A DNA stretch of 64,000 bases from Lysobacterales bacterium (GTDB taxonomy: Bacteria; Pseudomonadota; Gammaproteobacteria; Xanthomonadales; SZUA-5). The stretch is from NCBI GenBank assembly GCA_019187485.1, contig JABAQR010000038.1, positions 4,407-68,406 of the forward strand. Reading direction: 5' to 3'. Made by a program: the position numbers and the translations under genes. Below the pieces are notes generated by a model, which was given only the letters and a program-made list of their open reading frames with translations, did no database searches and had not been told where the DNA came from. Shown here piece by piece: positions 50,776 to 60,755 of this stretch (positions are counted from its first letter, which is position 1; every line of letters begins with the position of its first letter).

Positions 50776-51330
50776 ATGCGTACTGCTGCCATCTTGCTCG
50801 CGCTCTCGGGCGCGCTCGCCCTGCCCACCCTGGCGCTGGCCGACAGCGGCCTCTACATCGACGGCGCCATTGGTCAGGCCTCGGTCGACGACGCGGGCAT
50901 CGACGACAACGACACCGCCTTCCGTCTCGGCGTTGGCTGGCGTTTCCTGGAGAATTTCGGCGCCGAGATCGGCTTCCAGGATTTGGGTGAAGTCGGCGAG
51001 GAAGTCGCCATCGGCGGTGCAACCGCCGAGGTCGATGCCGACGGCTTCTACGCGGGTGTCGCCGGCCGCATCCCTCTGCAGGACTCCGGATTTTTCCTGG
51101 CTGCCCGCGCCGGGGTGTACTTCTGGGATGCCACCGGGCGTTTCCGCCAGGGCACGACGTCGGTGAGACTGGAAGAATCCGACAACGATTTCTACGTCGG
51201 CGTCGGAGCGGGTTACGATTTCAACGAGCAGTTCGGAATCGGCGTTGGCTATGATCGCTATCAGCTAGACAATGGCCAGGGCGACTTTAATTACGGCGTG
51301 CTCGCGCTCAACGGCGAGGTTCGCTTTTGA
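50776..51330 (+). CDS. Small outer-membrane beta-barrel protein
   Basis: The ATG at 50776 gives the signal peptide MRTAAILLALSGALALPTLALA. Alternating Gly/aromatic beta-strand patterns are visible, and the protein ends in ...LNGEVRF. Confidence 0.75.
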   Translation: MRTAAILLALSGALALPTLALADSGLYIDGAIGQASVDDAGIDDNDTAFRLGVGWRFLENFGAEIGFQDLGEVGEEVAIGGATAEVDADGFYAGVAGRIPLQDSGFFLAARAGVYFWDATGRFRQGTTSVRLEESDNDFYVGVGAGYDFNEQFGIGVGYDRYQLDNGQGDFNYGVLALNGEVRF

Positions 51331-51338
51331 GTTGTGCG

Positions 51339-51365
51339 GCCGGCACCGGAACTCCCGGTGCCGGC
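51339..51365. terminator. Bidirectional terminator-like hairpin
   Basis: A perfect 11-bp stem, GCCGGCACCGG-AACTC-CCGGTGCCGGC, lies between the convergent stop codons at 51330 and 51367. Confidence 0.6.
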
Positions 51366-51366
51366 A

Positions 51367-52572
51367 TCACGGTTCGATCTGATCCAATTGCGGCGCCACC
51401 CGCAAAGGGTCGGTGCTGCTCGGATCGACCGGTTTTCCGACCAGCCAGCCCTGCAGATAGCGCACGCCATGGGCCTTGAGCGTGCGCGCCTGCTCGATGT
51501 TCTCGACGCCTTCTGCCACCACATCGGCTCCCATTCCGTGCAGCAGCCTGACGATTCCACATACCAGTGCGGCCGCCTTGCCATCGCCGGGCAGGGGCCG
51601 GACGAAGGCCTGATCCAGCTTGATCGAATCGAAATCCAGTCGGTACAAGTGGCCCAGTCCGGAATGACCGGTACCGAAGTCGTCGAGCGCCACGCTGATG
51701 CCATGCATCCGACAACGTGCGATGAGCTCCGAGACCCGCGTGTAGTCGAGCGCCAGACTCTCGGTGATTTCAGCCTTCAGACGACGCGGATCCAATCCAG
51801 CGTCGATTGCCGTACGCGCCAGCAAATCCGCGAAATCCGGCACCAGTGACTGGCGTGCGGAGATGTTGACCGCAATCCAGGGTTGCGGACCCACGCGACC
51901 GCGGCGATCGAGCTCGGCAAGCGACCGGCACGCGCGACGAAGTGCGTATTCCCCGACGGGCACGATCAGTGAGGTTTCCTCCGCGAGCGCGATGAACTCG
52001 GTTGGAGACACCGCGCCGCGCGTTGGATGGTCCCAGCGCACCAAGGCCTCAAAACCCGCAACCACGCGCTCTTGAAGATCGAATATGGGTTGGAAGACGA
52101 CTCGCAATTCATCGCGCTCCAACGCCTCCAGCAATTCTCGTTCCAGCCGGATCTTGTCGGCGACGCGTCGCTGCTGCTCGACGTGCGCACCATCCTTGTC
52201 CTGATCTTCCGCCTTGGCGCCGCGCGCGACGCGTAATCCTCGTCGATAACGTGCCAGCAGTCCGATCAGCAGGCTTCGCAATACCGGATCCGCCTCATCC
52301 AGCCGAGCTCGCAACTGGTCGGCACGGATCTCGGTCACCACGACGTCGGTCAACGCATCCGCGCTTGCGCTGCGTGGGGCGCGGTCGATCACCGCCATTT
52401 CGCCCAGGATCTCACCCGGACCAAGGTAACTCAGGGTCAGTCGCCGCGAGCCCTGAGCGGTCCACACCTCGATCCGCCCGGACTCCACCAGATAAGCGAC
52501 GTCGGGCGCGTCGCCTTCGGTAAAGATGCGGGCTCCGCGCAGAAAGCTACGCCTTGCGCTCGCAGCTCCCAT
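51367..52572 (-). CDS. Cyclic-nucleotide-binding domain / EAL phosphodiesterase fusion
   Basis: The N-terminal CAP-type cNMP domain shows IFTEGDAPDVAYLVESGRIEVW and GEMAVIDRAPRSASA. The EAL domain shows EALVRWDHP, DDFGTGHSG, KLDQAF, EGVE and QGW. Confidence 0.85.
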   Translation of the reverse strand: MGAASARRSFLRGARIFTEGDAPDVAYLVESGRIEVWTAQGSRRLTLSYLGPGEILGEMAVIDRAPRSASADALTDVVVTEIRADQLRARLDEADPVLRSLLIGLLARYRRGLRVARGAKAEDQDKDGAHVEQQRRVADKIRLERELLEALERDELRVVFQPIFDLQERVVAGFEALVRWDHPTRGAVSPTEFIALAEETSLIVPVGEYALRRACRSLAELDRRGRVGPQPWIAVNISARQSLVPDFADLLARTAIDAGLDPRRLKAEITESLALDYTRVSELIARCRMHGISVALDDFGTGHSGLGHLYRLDFDSIKLDQAFVRPLPGDGKAAALVCGIVRLLHGMGADVVAEGVENIEQARTLKAHGVRYLQGWLVGKPVDPSSTDPLRVAPQLDQIEP

Positions 52573-52686
52573 GAGACTCCCCGAATCCCGGTTGTGCGAA
52601 GCATAGCGGCGTACACGCCATCACGATCCCCGAAAAAGCGACGGGGGCCCCTTCCGAAGCCCCCGCCACTCCCATTCAAGCCGTGC

Positions 52687-55392
52687 CTATTGGCAGAGCG
52701 GCGAGAAGAAAATGGAACACAGATTGATACCTTGCATGGTTACCGTGGTGGATGGCGAGCCACCTGCGGCAGTGAATACACACTCACCACTGGCGGCGCC
52801 CTGTGGCTGATCCAGGTTGATCGCGGTGATGCGCGCAGTGGTCTCACCCTGGGCATTGGTCACGCCCGGCGGCTCCAGCAACTGGATCTGGGCGCCACCG
52901 CTGGCCGTGCACGCACCGGTAATCAACACACCCGGAATCGGCTCGGCGTTGCCGTTGAACAGGCGCAGCAGCACCGGTCCGCCGTTCCCGCCAAAGAAGG
53001 CCGATGGGAAGGCCTGCAGGAAGGAAATTGCCGGCGGCACCACGTTCACGACATCCGATCCACCGACACCGAAGAAGGTGATGCTCGGCGCCTGAACGGC
53101 GTTGGCAACGCCAGCAGTGGTCACGGTGGCCGTCGTGCAGCCCGACGTACCGGTGGGCGCGTTGACTACACCTTCGTTGGCCTGGCCATCCACCAGCGTC
53201 GTGGTCGACGGATTTGCAACGATGAAGCCGATCGGCACACCCTGGATCGGTGCGGCCAGCGCATCTTGCACGCAGATCGTGACCGTGGTCGTACGGTTGG
53301 CCGCAATGCTGGCAGGCGAAGCCACCAGCGCGCCCGGTGCCGCGCCCGCAAAGACCACGAGCTCGGCGTCGGTCACCAGTTCCTGGTTGCCGTTGACGAT
53401 TTCTCCGGCGCCGCGCGCCCAAATCGCCGCGAGGCGGCCCAACTGGTTGACCGGGTAGTTCATCGTGGTCGTCGCCACGCCGATCGCGTTGGTCGGCACG
53501 TTCGGTGTGATGTTGGCGATGGTCGCGCGTCCGATGACGTACGGCAGCACCGGCCCATTATTCACCGGGTTGCCGGTGTCGTTATTGTTGTTGAAGCGCT
53601 GCGTGACGTTCAGGCTGGTCGCGCTATTGACGCGATCAACGCGACGCGCGCTTTCCAGATCGCGGTTGGGATTCGACTGCTCCGCGAACACCAGCAGGGT
53701 GTCACCCGGACCCGCACCGCCACCTGCCGTCGTGAACGCACCCGTGGGGGCAGTGAACAGGAAGCCGGTTTCCTGCGGATCGCCATCAACGCCGCTCAAC
53801 AGGAAATTGCCCGGCCCGGTGCTCGGGAAACCGGAAGCTGGCGCGTCGATCAAGCCGAAGTCGATCGGGGTGCCGGGGATGACCGGATTTCCCTGACGGT
53901 CGGTCGCGAGCACGCTGATCGTCAGGCTGTAGGTGCCGTTCGGATCCGTCGGGATCGCCGTGGAGCCACCGATCGGCGCCACACCACCGGAAACACGGTT
54001 GAAGCGCAACGCGTTGACATCGGGCGAGGTGATCTTCAGCGAGAACAGCTTGCCGTCGGACATGATCACGGTTTCATCACGAATGACGGCTGAGGTGATG
54101 CCGTTGTCGACATTATTGTCGGCCGCGTCCGAGCTCACACGGATCAGGAAAGTGCCCTGGCGGGTGCCGGAGACGAGCGTCGCGGTCGCCAGGCCCTGCT
54201 GGGTGCGCACGCGGATCTGGCGGCCCTGCACGTTCTGGTTCGAGGCATTGACGCCGCGGAAAACCTCACCACCGTTGGGACCCTGGTCGATGATTTCCCA
54301 CTGCACATTGTTGAAAGTCGCAGTGGCGGGAGGATCTGGCACCAACGCGGAGGCGGCATCGGTCACGGTCGCCTGCATCACCAGAGTGTTATTGCCGCCA
54401 GAACCCTGCACATAAAGTGCCGCAGATGGACGGGTAACGACGATATTGGCAGGCAATTGCGGTGCCCCGGCGGCAATCGTGAACTGCTGGGTCTTCGACA
54501 GATTCGCGCCAGTGGTCGGGTCTACCGCAGTAATGGTCAGAGTGAAGGGACCTGGCTGCGTTGCCTGACCATTGATGTTGAAGGAATGGATGAACAGGGT
54601 CAACTTGCCGGCGACAATGTTTTCCGACCCTTGTCCGATCAATTGCTCGAACTCGTTGACGGCCGGTGTCGAAGGATCGTCCAGCGTTGAATAAGCGGTG
54701 TTCGTGATCGGGTTCAGCGAAACATTAACCGTGCCATTACCCAGCAACTCACCCCGGATCGTACGTCGTGTCACCGTGGTTTCGGAAATGAATGGTGATC
54801 CCCAGAAGGGAACGATACCAAACACATTCGCCGGCAACACGGTACGCGCGGGTTCGATGCTGATGCGCTCGAAAGGCGCCGGCCCTTCCGAGATCGAGAA
54901 CGGGATATTCAGAGTCAAGGTACGGGTCGGTTGTTCGGGGTCCGGCGACGACGCCGTCAGTGTCACTGAACCCACGGAGTCGCCGGAATGCACGAAGAAA
55001 GTGGCCAGCCCGCCGTTGGTTCGTGTGTTGATGACGCCAAACAAGGTTGTAAACTCGTTGACGTCGGTCGTTTCCGGGTCGTCAAGAATGGACACTGCGG
55101 CATTGCGAACGTTATCCGTGCGCAGGTTCACGACCGTGCCGTCCGCAACCGGCTGACCGTTGGCGCGCTCGACCCGAATATTCAACTGCACGTAGTAGGG
55201 CGAATTGTACTCAGGCGGGATCGACGCGCGATTGGATGGCAATGTACTGATCCCGCCAGCTGTGTCGTACCGCATCTTCCCAGCCGCGGGGGTATTGAAG
55301 GCATCGTCTCCGTTATCGCTGCCGCCTCCGCCGCAAGCGGCGAGCAGTGCGCTCATGGCCGCAATCGCCAGCAGTTTGTTCCAGGCGCCCAT
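52687..55392 (-). CDS. Large lipoprotein with multiple Ig-like (Big_1-type) repeats
   Basis: The ATG at 55392 has AGGAGA 7 nt upstream and gives MGAWNKLLAIAAMSALLAACGGGG (lipobox). Recurrent G-x-A-T...S...G...V-T-A strand patterns occur (GLATFFVHSGDSVGSVTLTASS, GLATATLVSGTRQGTFLIRVSS, GETTARITAINLD...). It starts 48 nt after pilQ. Confidence 0.8.
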   Translation of the reverse strand: MGAWNKLLAIAAMSALLAACGGGGSDNGDDAFNTPAAGKMRYDTAGGISTLPSNRASIPPEYNSPYYVQLNIRVERANGQPVADGTVVNLRTDNVRNAAVSILDDPETTDVNEFTTLFGVINTRTNGGLATFFVHSGDSVGSVTLTASSPDPEQPTRTLTLNIPFSISEGPAPFERISIEPARTVLPANVFGIVPFWGSPFISETTVTRRTIRGELLGNGTVNVSLNPITNTAYSTLDDPSTPAVNEFEQLIGQGSENIVAGKLTLFIHSFNINGQATQPGPFTLTITAVDPTTGANLSKTQQFTIAAGAPQLPANIVVTRPSAALYVQGSGGNNTLVMQATVTDAASALVPDPPATATFNNVQWEIIDQGPNGGEVFRGVNASNQNVQGRQIRVRTQQGLATATLVSGTRQGTFLIRVSSDAADNNVDNGITSAVIRDETVIMSDGKLFSLKITSPDVNALRFNRVSGGVAPIGGSTAIPTDPNGTYSLTISVLATDRQGNPVIPGTPIDFGLIDAPASGFPSTGPGNFLLSGVDGDPQETGFLFTAPTGAFTTAGGGAGPGDTLLVFAEQSNPNRDLESARRVDRVNSATSLNVTQRFNNNNDTGNPVNNGPVLPYVIGRATIANITPNVPTNAIGVATTTMNYPVNQLGRLAAIWARGAGEIVNGNQELVTDAELVVFAGAAPGALVASPASIAANRTTTVTICVQDALAAPIQGVPIGFIVANPSTTTLVDGQANEGVVNAPTGTSGCTTATVTTAGVANAVQAPSITFFGVGGSDVVNVVPPAISFLQAFPSAFFGGNGGPVLLRLFNGNAEPIPGVLITGACTASGGAQIQLLEPPGVTNAQGETTARITAINLDQPQGAASGECVFTAAGGSPSTTVTMQGINLCSIFFSPLCQ

Positions 55393-55439
55393 CGTCGCTC
55401 TCCTGATTTTCGTCTTTGCACTCATCTTGCGGGGTCCGG

Positions 55440-57692
55440 TCACTGATTATCCGACAGGATTTTCGGAGTCACGAAAATGAGCAGCTCCGCTTTCGAGTTT
55501 CTGCGGTCCTTGTTGCGGAACAGGTTACCGACCCCCGGGATATCTCCGAGAAACGGTACCTTGCTCAGGGTGTCGTTGCGCTCGAACTCGTAGATACCGC
55601 CCAGGACCACGGTTTGCCCATTGTCGACCAGAGCCCCGGTGTTGACCTCCCGGTTGTCGATGATCGGGATGGACCCGCCGTCGGGCTGTTCGATGAAGCC
55701 GGCAACATTGTCCTTCTTGACCGCGAGAACCAGAAACACACGCCCGTCGGACGTGATCCGCGGGGTCACGCGCAGTTCGAGCACGACATCCCTGAATGCA
55801 ACCGACGTCTGGCTGCGACCCGAGGAATCAGTGGTCACGGTCGAATACCCGATCTGTTGTCCTTGCTTGATGTACGCTTCCTGCTGGTCGGCGGTGATGA
55901 CCTTGGGGCTGGACAACAACTCGCCACGGTTCTCGGACTCGAGGGCCGACAATTCAAGATCCAGAATGTAGTCCGCGCCGAGTATGGTTGCGGCAAAGGC
56001 TCCCGCCCCGGCATCCGCGACCGGGAGGTTGAAGTTGAGACGATTGAGCGCCGAAGGCGCGACCACGCCGCCACCGCTCGCGTTGCCGATACCAACCGGC
56101 AGACCGGAAGAGTTTCCGGCCAATCGATTGGCCAGACCAACGCCCGTCATCTGGTCGGTCCCCTGAAGACTGCCGCCGATGCTGATCAGGTTGCCGTCGC
56201 TGTCCTCGCTTGCTCCGGAAACCCCGAAACGTGCACCGAGTTGTTTGCGGAAGCCTTCCTGGGCGATGACGACACGAGCCTCGATCAAAACCTGACGTAC
56301 CGGTCGATCCAGTATTTCGACCAGCGCACGCACCTTTGCCGTCCGTTCCGGGATATCGGTGACGATCAACGTATTGGTTCGAACATCGAAACTCACCGAA
56401 CCGCGCGATGACAGGACCCCCCCCCGCTGGTTCTGATCCTGACCGCCGCCAACATTGCCGACCAACGAATTGGTGGTCATCAGCTTGGCGATGTCCTCGG
56501 CCTTGCCGTAACTGATCGGGATGTAATCGACGATCAGCTCCGCGCGGTCCTCCATCGCGATTCGCGCATCCTCGATCGCCTGCTCGCGGTCGGCGATTTC
56601 CTTGGTTGGTGCCACCCAGATCACCGAACCGTTACGGCGCTTGTCCAGTCCCTTTGCCTGCAGGATGATGTCCAGTGCCTGATCCCATGGCACATTGACC
56701 AAGCGCAAAGTCACGTTTCCCTGCACCGTGTCGGCGACCACGATGTTGAGCTCGGACACATCGGCCACGAGCTGCAGTACGGACCGCACCGGGATGTCCT
56801 GGAAGTTGAAGGTGACGCGGTTCCCAGAGTAGACGGGCGGATCGGAAGCAGTGCGTTTCTTGGGTTCCTCGCGCTTGGGTGCGATTTCCACCACGTACTC
56901 CGAACCGGCCTGATAGGCAAGCTTTTCGTACTCGGCGGAGGTCGTGAACGTGATGCGGGTACCGCCGCCCTGGGCGCGTACGTCGATGGCCTCCACCGGA
57001 GTCGCGAAATCTGTCAGTTCCAGCTTGCGACGATGCTGTTCGGGGGTCGTGACGTTCGGCAGATCCAGAACCAGTCTGCCGGCCTCCTCGCGCAGATTGG
57101 CATTTGCGTTCTCGCTCGAGAAAGCCAGGATCAACCGTCCTTCGCCAGCTTTGCCGCGGCGGAAGTCGAGCGAGGTCAGTTCTGCGTTGCTGACCGATGC
57201 GACCGACTTCGCGGGATCAATCGGTGCCTTGCTCGACACGATGTCCGCAAAACCATTCTTAATCTGCACCATGAAGACCTTGCCCTCAAGGCGAGCTTCG
57301 TAAGGTGCCGGCCGGAACAGATCGATCACCACCCGAGTGCGACCGCCGGCCTCGACCGCCGTCACACCCTTGGCTGCGCCGGTCGCGATCGACAGCATGC
57401 GCTCCTCGAAGCGATTCGAGGTGTCTGGCAGGTCAATGGCGATTCGCGGAGGATCGCTGGTGGCGAAGACCTTCGGGTCCACGCTCCCGCTCTCCAGTTC
57501 GAGTGCGACATCGACAACTCCCCCAGCCAATGGCTGGAAGCTGACGTTGGTCAGCACGTCGGCTGCGGATGCGGTTCCTCCCGCGAGCAGCGATAGCACG
57601 GCGAGGCCCACGAATTCTGCCTTGCGGAAATGTTGCTGGAGCTTCGGCCCGAAATACTTTCCGAGCATGCGCGAGAGGCTCTTCTCAGTCAT
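55440..57692 (-). CDS. pilQ: Type IV pilus secretin
   Basis: N-terminal AMIN-like repeats precede a secretin domain (VLGGIYEFERNDTLSKVPFLGDIPGVGNLFR). It is the last gene of pilMNOPQ. ATG at 57692; a GTG or other alternative start lies at 57707. Confidence 0.95.
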   Translation of the reverse strand: MTEKSLSRMLGKYFGPKLQQHFRKAEFVGLAVLSLLAGGTASAADVLTNVSFQPLAGGVVDVALELESGSVDPKVFATSDPPRIAIDLPDTSNRFEERMLSIATGAAKGVTAVEAGGRTRVVIDLFRPAPYEARLEGKVFMVQIKNGFADIVSSKAPIDPAKSVASVSNAELTSLDFRRGKAGEGRLILAFSSENANANLREEAGRLVLDLPNVTTPEQHRRKLELTDFATPVEAIDVRAQGGGTRITFTTSAEYEKLAYQAGSEYVVEIAPKREEPKKRTASDPPVYSGNRVTFNFQDIPVRSVLQLVADVSELNIVVADTVQGNVTLRLVNVPWDQALDIILQAKGLDKRRNGSVIWVAPTKEIADREQAIEDARIAMEDRAELIVDYIPISYGKAEDIAKLMTTNSLVGNVGGGQDQNQRGGVLSSRGSVSFDVRTNTLIVTDIPERTAKVRALVEILDRPVRQVLIEARVVIAQEGFRKQLGARFGVSGASEDSDGNLISIGGSLQGTDQMTGVGLANRLAGNSSGLPVGIGNASGGGVVAPSALNRLNFNLPVADAGAGAFAATILGADYILDLELSALESENRGELLSSPKVITADQQEAYIKQGQQIGYSTVTTDSSGRSQTSVAFRDVVLELRVTPRITSDGRVFLVLAVKKDNVAGFIEQPDGGSIPIIDNREVNTGALVDNGQTVVLGGIYEFERNDTLSKVPFLGDIPGVGNLFRNKDRRNSKAELLIFVTPKILSDNQ

Positions 57693-57713
57693 GTCGTCAA
57701 CCCCCAAAAGGCA

Positions 57714-58247
57714 TCATTCTTCGTCGTCGAGAGCAATCGCGGAACGGCGTTCTTCCCAGCCACCGAGTCCGTTCGGAAACCACTCCGTCAATTCGATCCG
57801 ATCCTCATGAACTTCGAGGATCTTGCCGTGGCTCTGGCCCATGTAGTTACTCGGCCTAACCCGGTGCACCACGCCGGTCGGGTCTTTGATCAACCCGAAC
57901 ATCTCTTGCGCGCCGCCCATGGTGCCAACCATGTCGAGCGCGTCCAACGGATAGCTTTCAAGCTCCTCTTTGCGACGCGACAGGTCGGGCCCCTTGCCTG
58001 CGGCTGCAACCGCGGCGTCGCCAGCACTCGCTTGCTCGGAGGTCACCCGCGAGAACGGATCGCGCAATTCTTGCGCGGCGTATTCGAAGGTTTCGAATTC
58101 CTTCATCTTGGGCAAAGGCGGCAGCGGCCGCCCCGGACGCTGCTTGACGCTCGCGATATAACTCTCGAGTTCACTGCGGCTTTCGGCACAAGCGCCGAGT
58201 ACGGCAATGGTCAACACAACACTGGCGAGCTTCAGGGGGCGGTTCAT
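57714..58247 (-). CDS. pilP: Type IV pilus assembly lipoprotein PilP
   Basis: MNRPLKLASVVLTIAVLGAC lipobox; 177 aa; position between pilO and pilQ. Confidence 0.85.
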   Translation of the reverse strand: MNRPLKLASVVLTIAVLGACAESRSELESYIASVKQRPGRPLPPLPKMKEFETFEYAAQELRDPFSRVTSEQASAGDAAVAAAGKGPDLSRRKEELESYPLDALDMVGTMGGAQEMFGLIKDPTGVVHRVRPSNYMGQSHGKILEVHEDRIELTEWFPNGLGGWEERRSAIALDDEE

Positions 58248-58885
58248 TGGGGACTCCCTGGAGAAACGACTGCGGCCTGCTCGTCTTCATCAAGGTAGCG
58301 GTAGGTTTTCACCGTGCCTTCCAGGATCAACTGACCCGCGGGTGCATTCGGCCCGCGATCACTCTGCCTCAGGGAAATGTCGTGCATGGTCAGGATGACC
58401 ACTCGCGGCAACGAGGCAACACCACTGACAAATTGTCCAAACTGGTGGTAGCTACCAACCATGCGCAGAGAAATCGGCTTCTCCGCATAGAAATCCTTGG
58501 TGATTTCCGGCTGCGGCTCGAACAGTTCGTTGGCGATGCCGGTGGACAATGCGGTCTGCGAAATGTCGACGAGCAGATCCGGCATCTCGTTCTTGTTCGG
58601 CAACTGCCGCAGCATCTGCTGCAGCACCAGTTCGATCTGCTGCAATTGCTCGCGATACGCCTGGAGGTTGGCAGCCCGCTCCTGCTTCTGTTCGAAGTCG
58701 GCTCGGAGCGTCTGCTCGGTGCGCACCAGCTGGTCGAATTCCTCGTGGCGAGGATTGAAGTACATGTACCAGCCGGCGAAGCAGATCACCGCGAACAGCA
58801 AACCGGCAAAAATCGCCTGAACCGGAAACGGCGAAGAACCGAGGTTATTGATGTCTGCCTTGCGCAGGTCGTCGATCAGGCTCAT
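58244..58885 (-). CDS. pilO: Type IV pilus assembly protein PilO
   Basis: A single N-terminal TM helix then a coiled-coil region. It overlaps both neighbours, and its position in the operon fits PilO. Confidence 0.85.
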   Translation of the reverse strand: MSLIDDLRKADINNLGSSPFPVQAIFAGLLFAVICFAGWYMYFNPRHEEFDQLVRTEQTLRADFEQKQERAANLQAYREQLQQIELVLQQMLRQLPNKNEMPDLLVDISQTALSTGIANELFEPQPEITKDFYAEKPISLRMVGSYHQFGQFVSGVASLPRVVILTMHDISLRQSDRGPNAPAGQLILEGTVKTYRYLDEDEQAAVVSPGSPQ

Positions 58886-59483
58886 GGCGCACCCCCGGTT
58901 ACGGCGACCGCGCTGGCAGCCTCTGCCGCGTCCTTGTCGGCGTTCGGATCCTCGAGATTGACCTTCAACGAGAACACGTAAGGAACGGTCTTGTCAGTTC
59001 CGCGCGCCTCAATCTTGACGATCTCCGACTCCTTGAGCCAATCGGAAGCATCGAGGTTGCGCATGTAGGCGGATACACGGGCGTTCGACTGTGCGACGCC
59101 TTCGAGGGTGAGCGTCGCGCCACCCTGCTTGATCGAATCAAGCTGCACGCCATCCGGAAGGGTGCGCACGAGCTCATCGAACAGATGAACCATCTGCGAG
59201 CGGGTCGCCTGCAGCTGTTCGATGATCTCCTTGCGCGCGATCAACCGATCACGCTGACGATCGAGTTCCTCGATCTCCGCGATCTGCGCATCCAACGCCT
59301 TGATCTCGTTGGTGAGCGTATTGTTGCGCTCGGTCTGGGCGTCGATTTGACTGCCGATGAACCACAGCCCGATGAACACCGCAATGACGCCGGCGACCGC
59401 GGACATACCGAGCAGAACATAGAACTCTTGCTGACGCTGCTTGCGGCGCTCCTCGCGCCACGGAAGTAGGTTGATCCTGGCCA

Positions 59484-59484
<1 letters not shown>
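58882..59484 (-). CDS. pilN: Type IV pilus assembly protein PilN
   Basis: MARINLLPWREERRKQRQQEF is the conserved INLLP N-terminus; a TM helix follows. Confidence 0.88.
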
Positions 59485-60593
<1,109 letters not shown>

Positions 60594-60755
60594 TTAAATC
60601 CCAATGAGTAAGGCTTGGCAACATGAAGTTTGTTGGCACGCTCACACATTGAACTCAGGTCGTCGGATCGCGGTCCTGACGCTCTCGCGACGCCCTGCAT
60701 CACCCGGGGCACTCACCTAGAATCGCGCGCCTCGCCCGCCGTCCGGACCATCCCG

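Noticed and set aside
60634-60652. Sigma-54-like TGGCAC in the pilM/mrcA divergent spacer
   Set aside because: TGGCACG is present, but the required TTGC element four to five nucleotides downstream is absent (the sequence continues CTCACACATTG). A second TGGCAA at about 60616 also lacks the -12 element.
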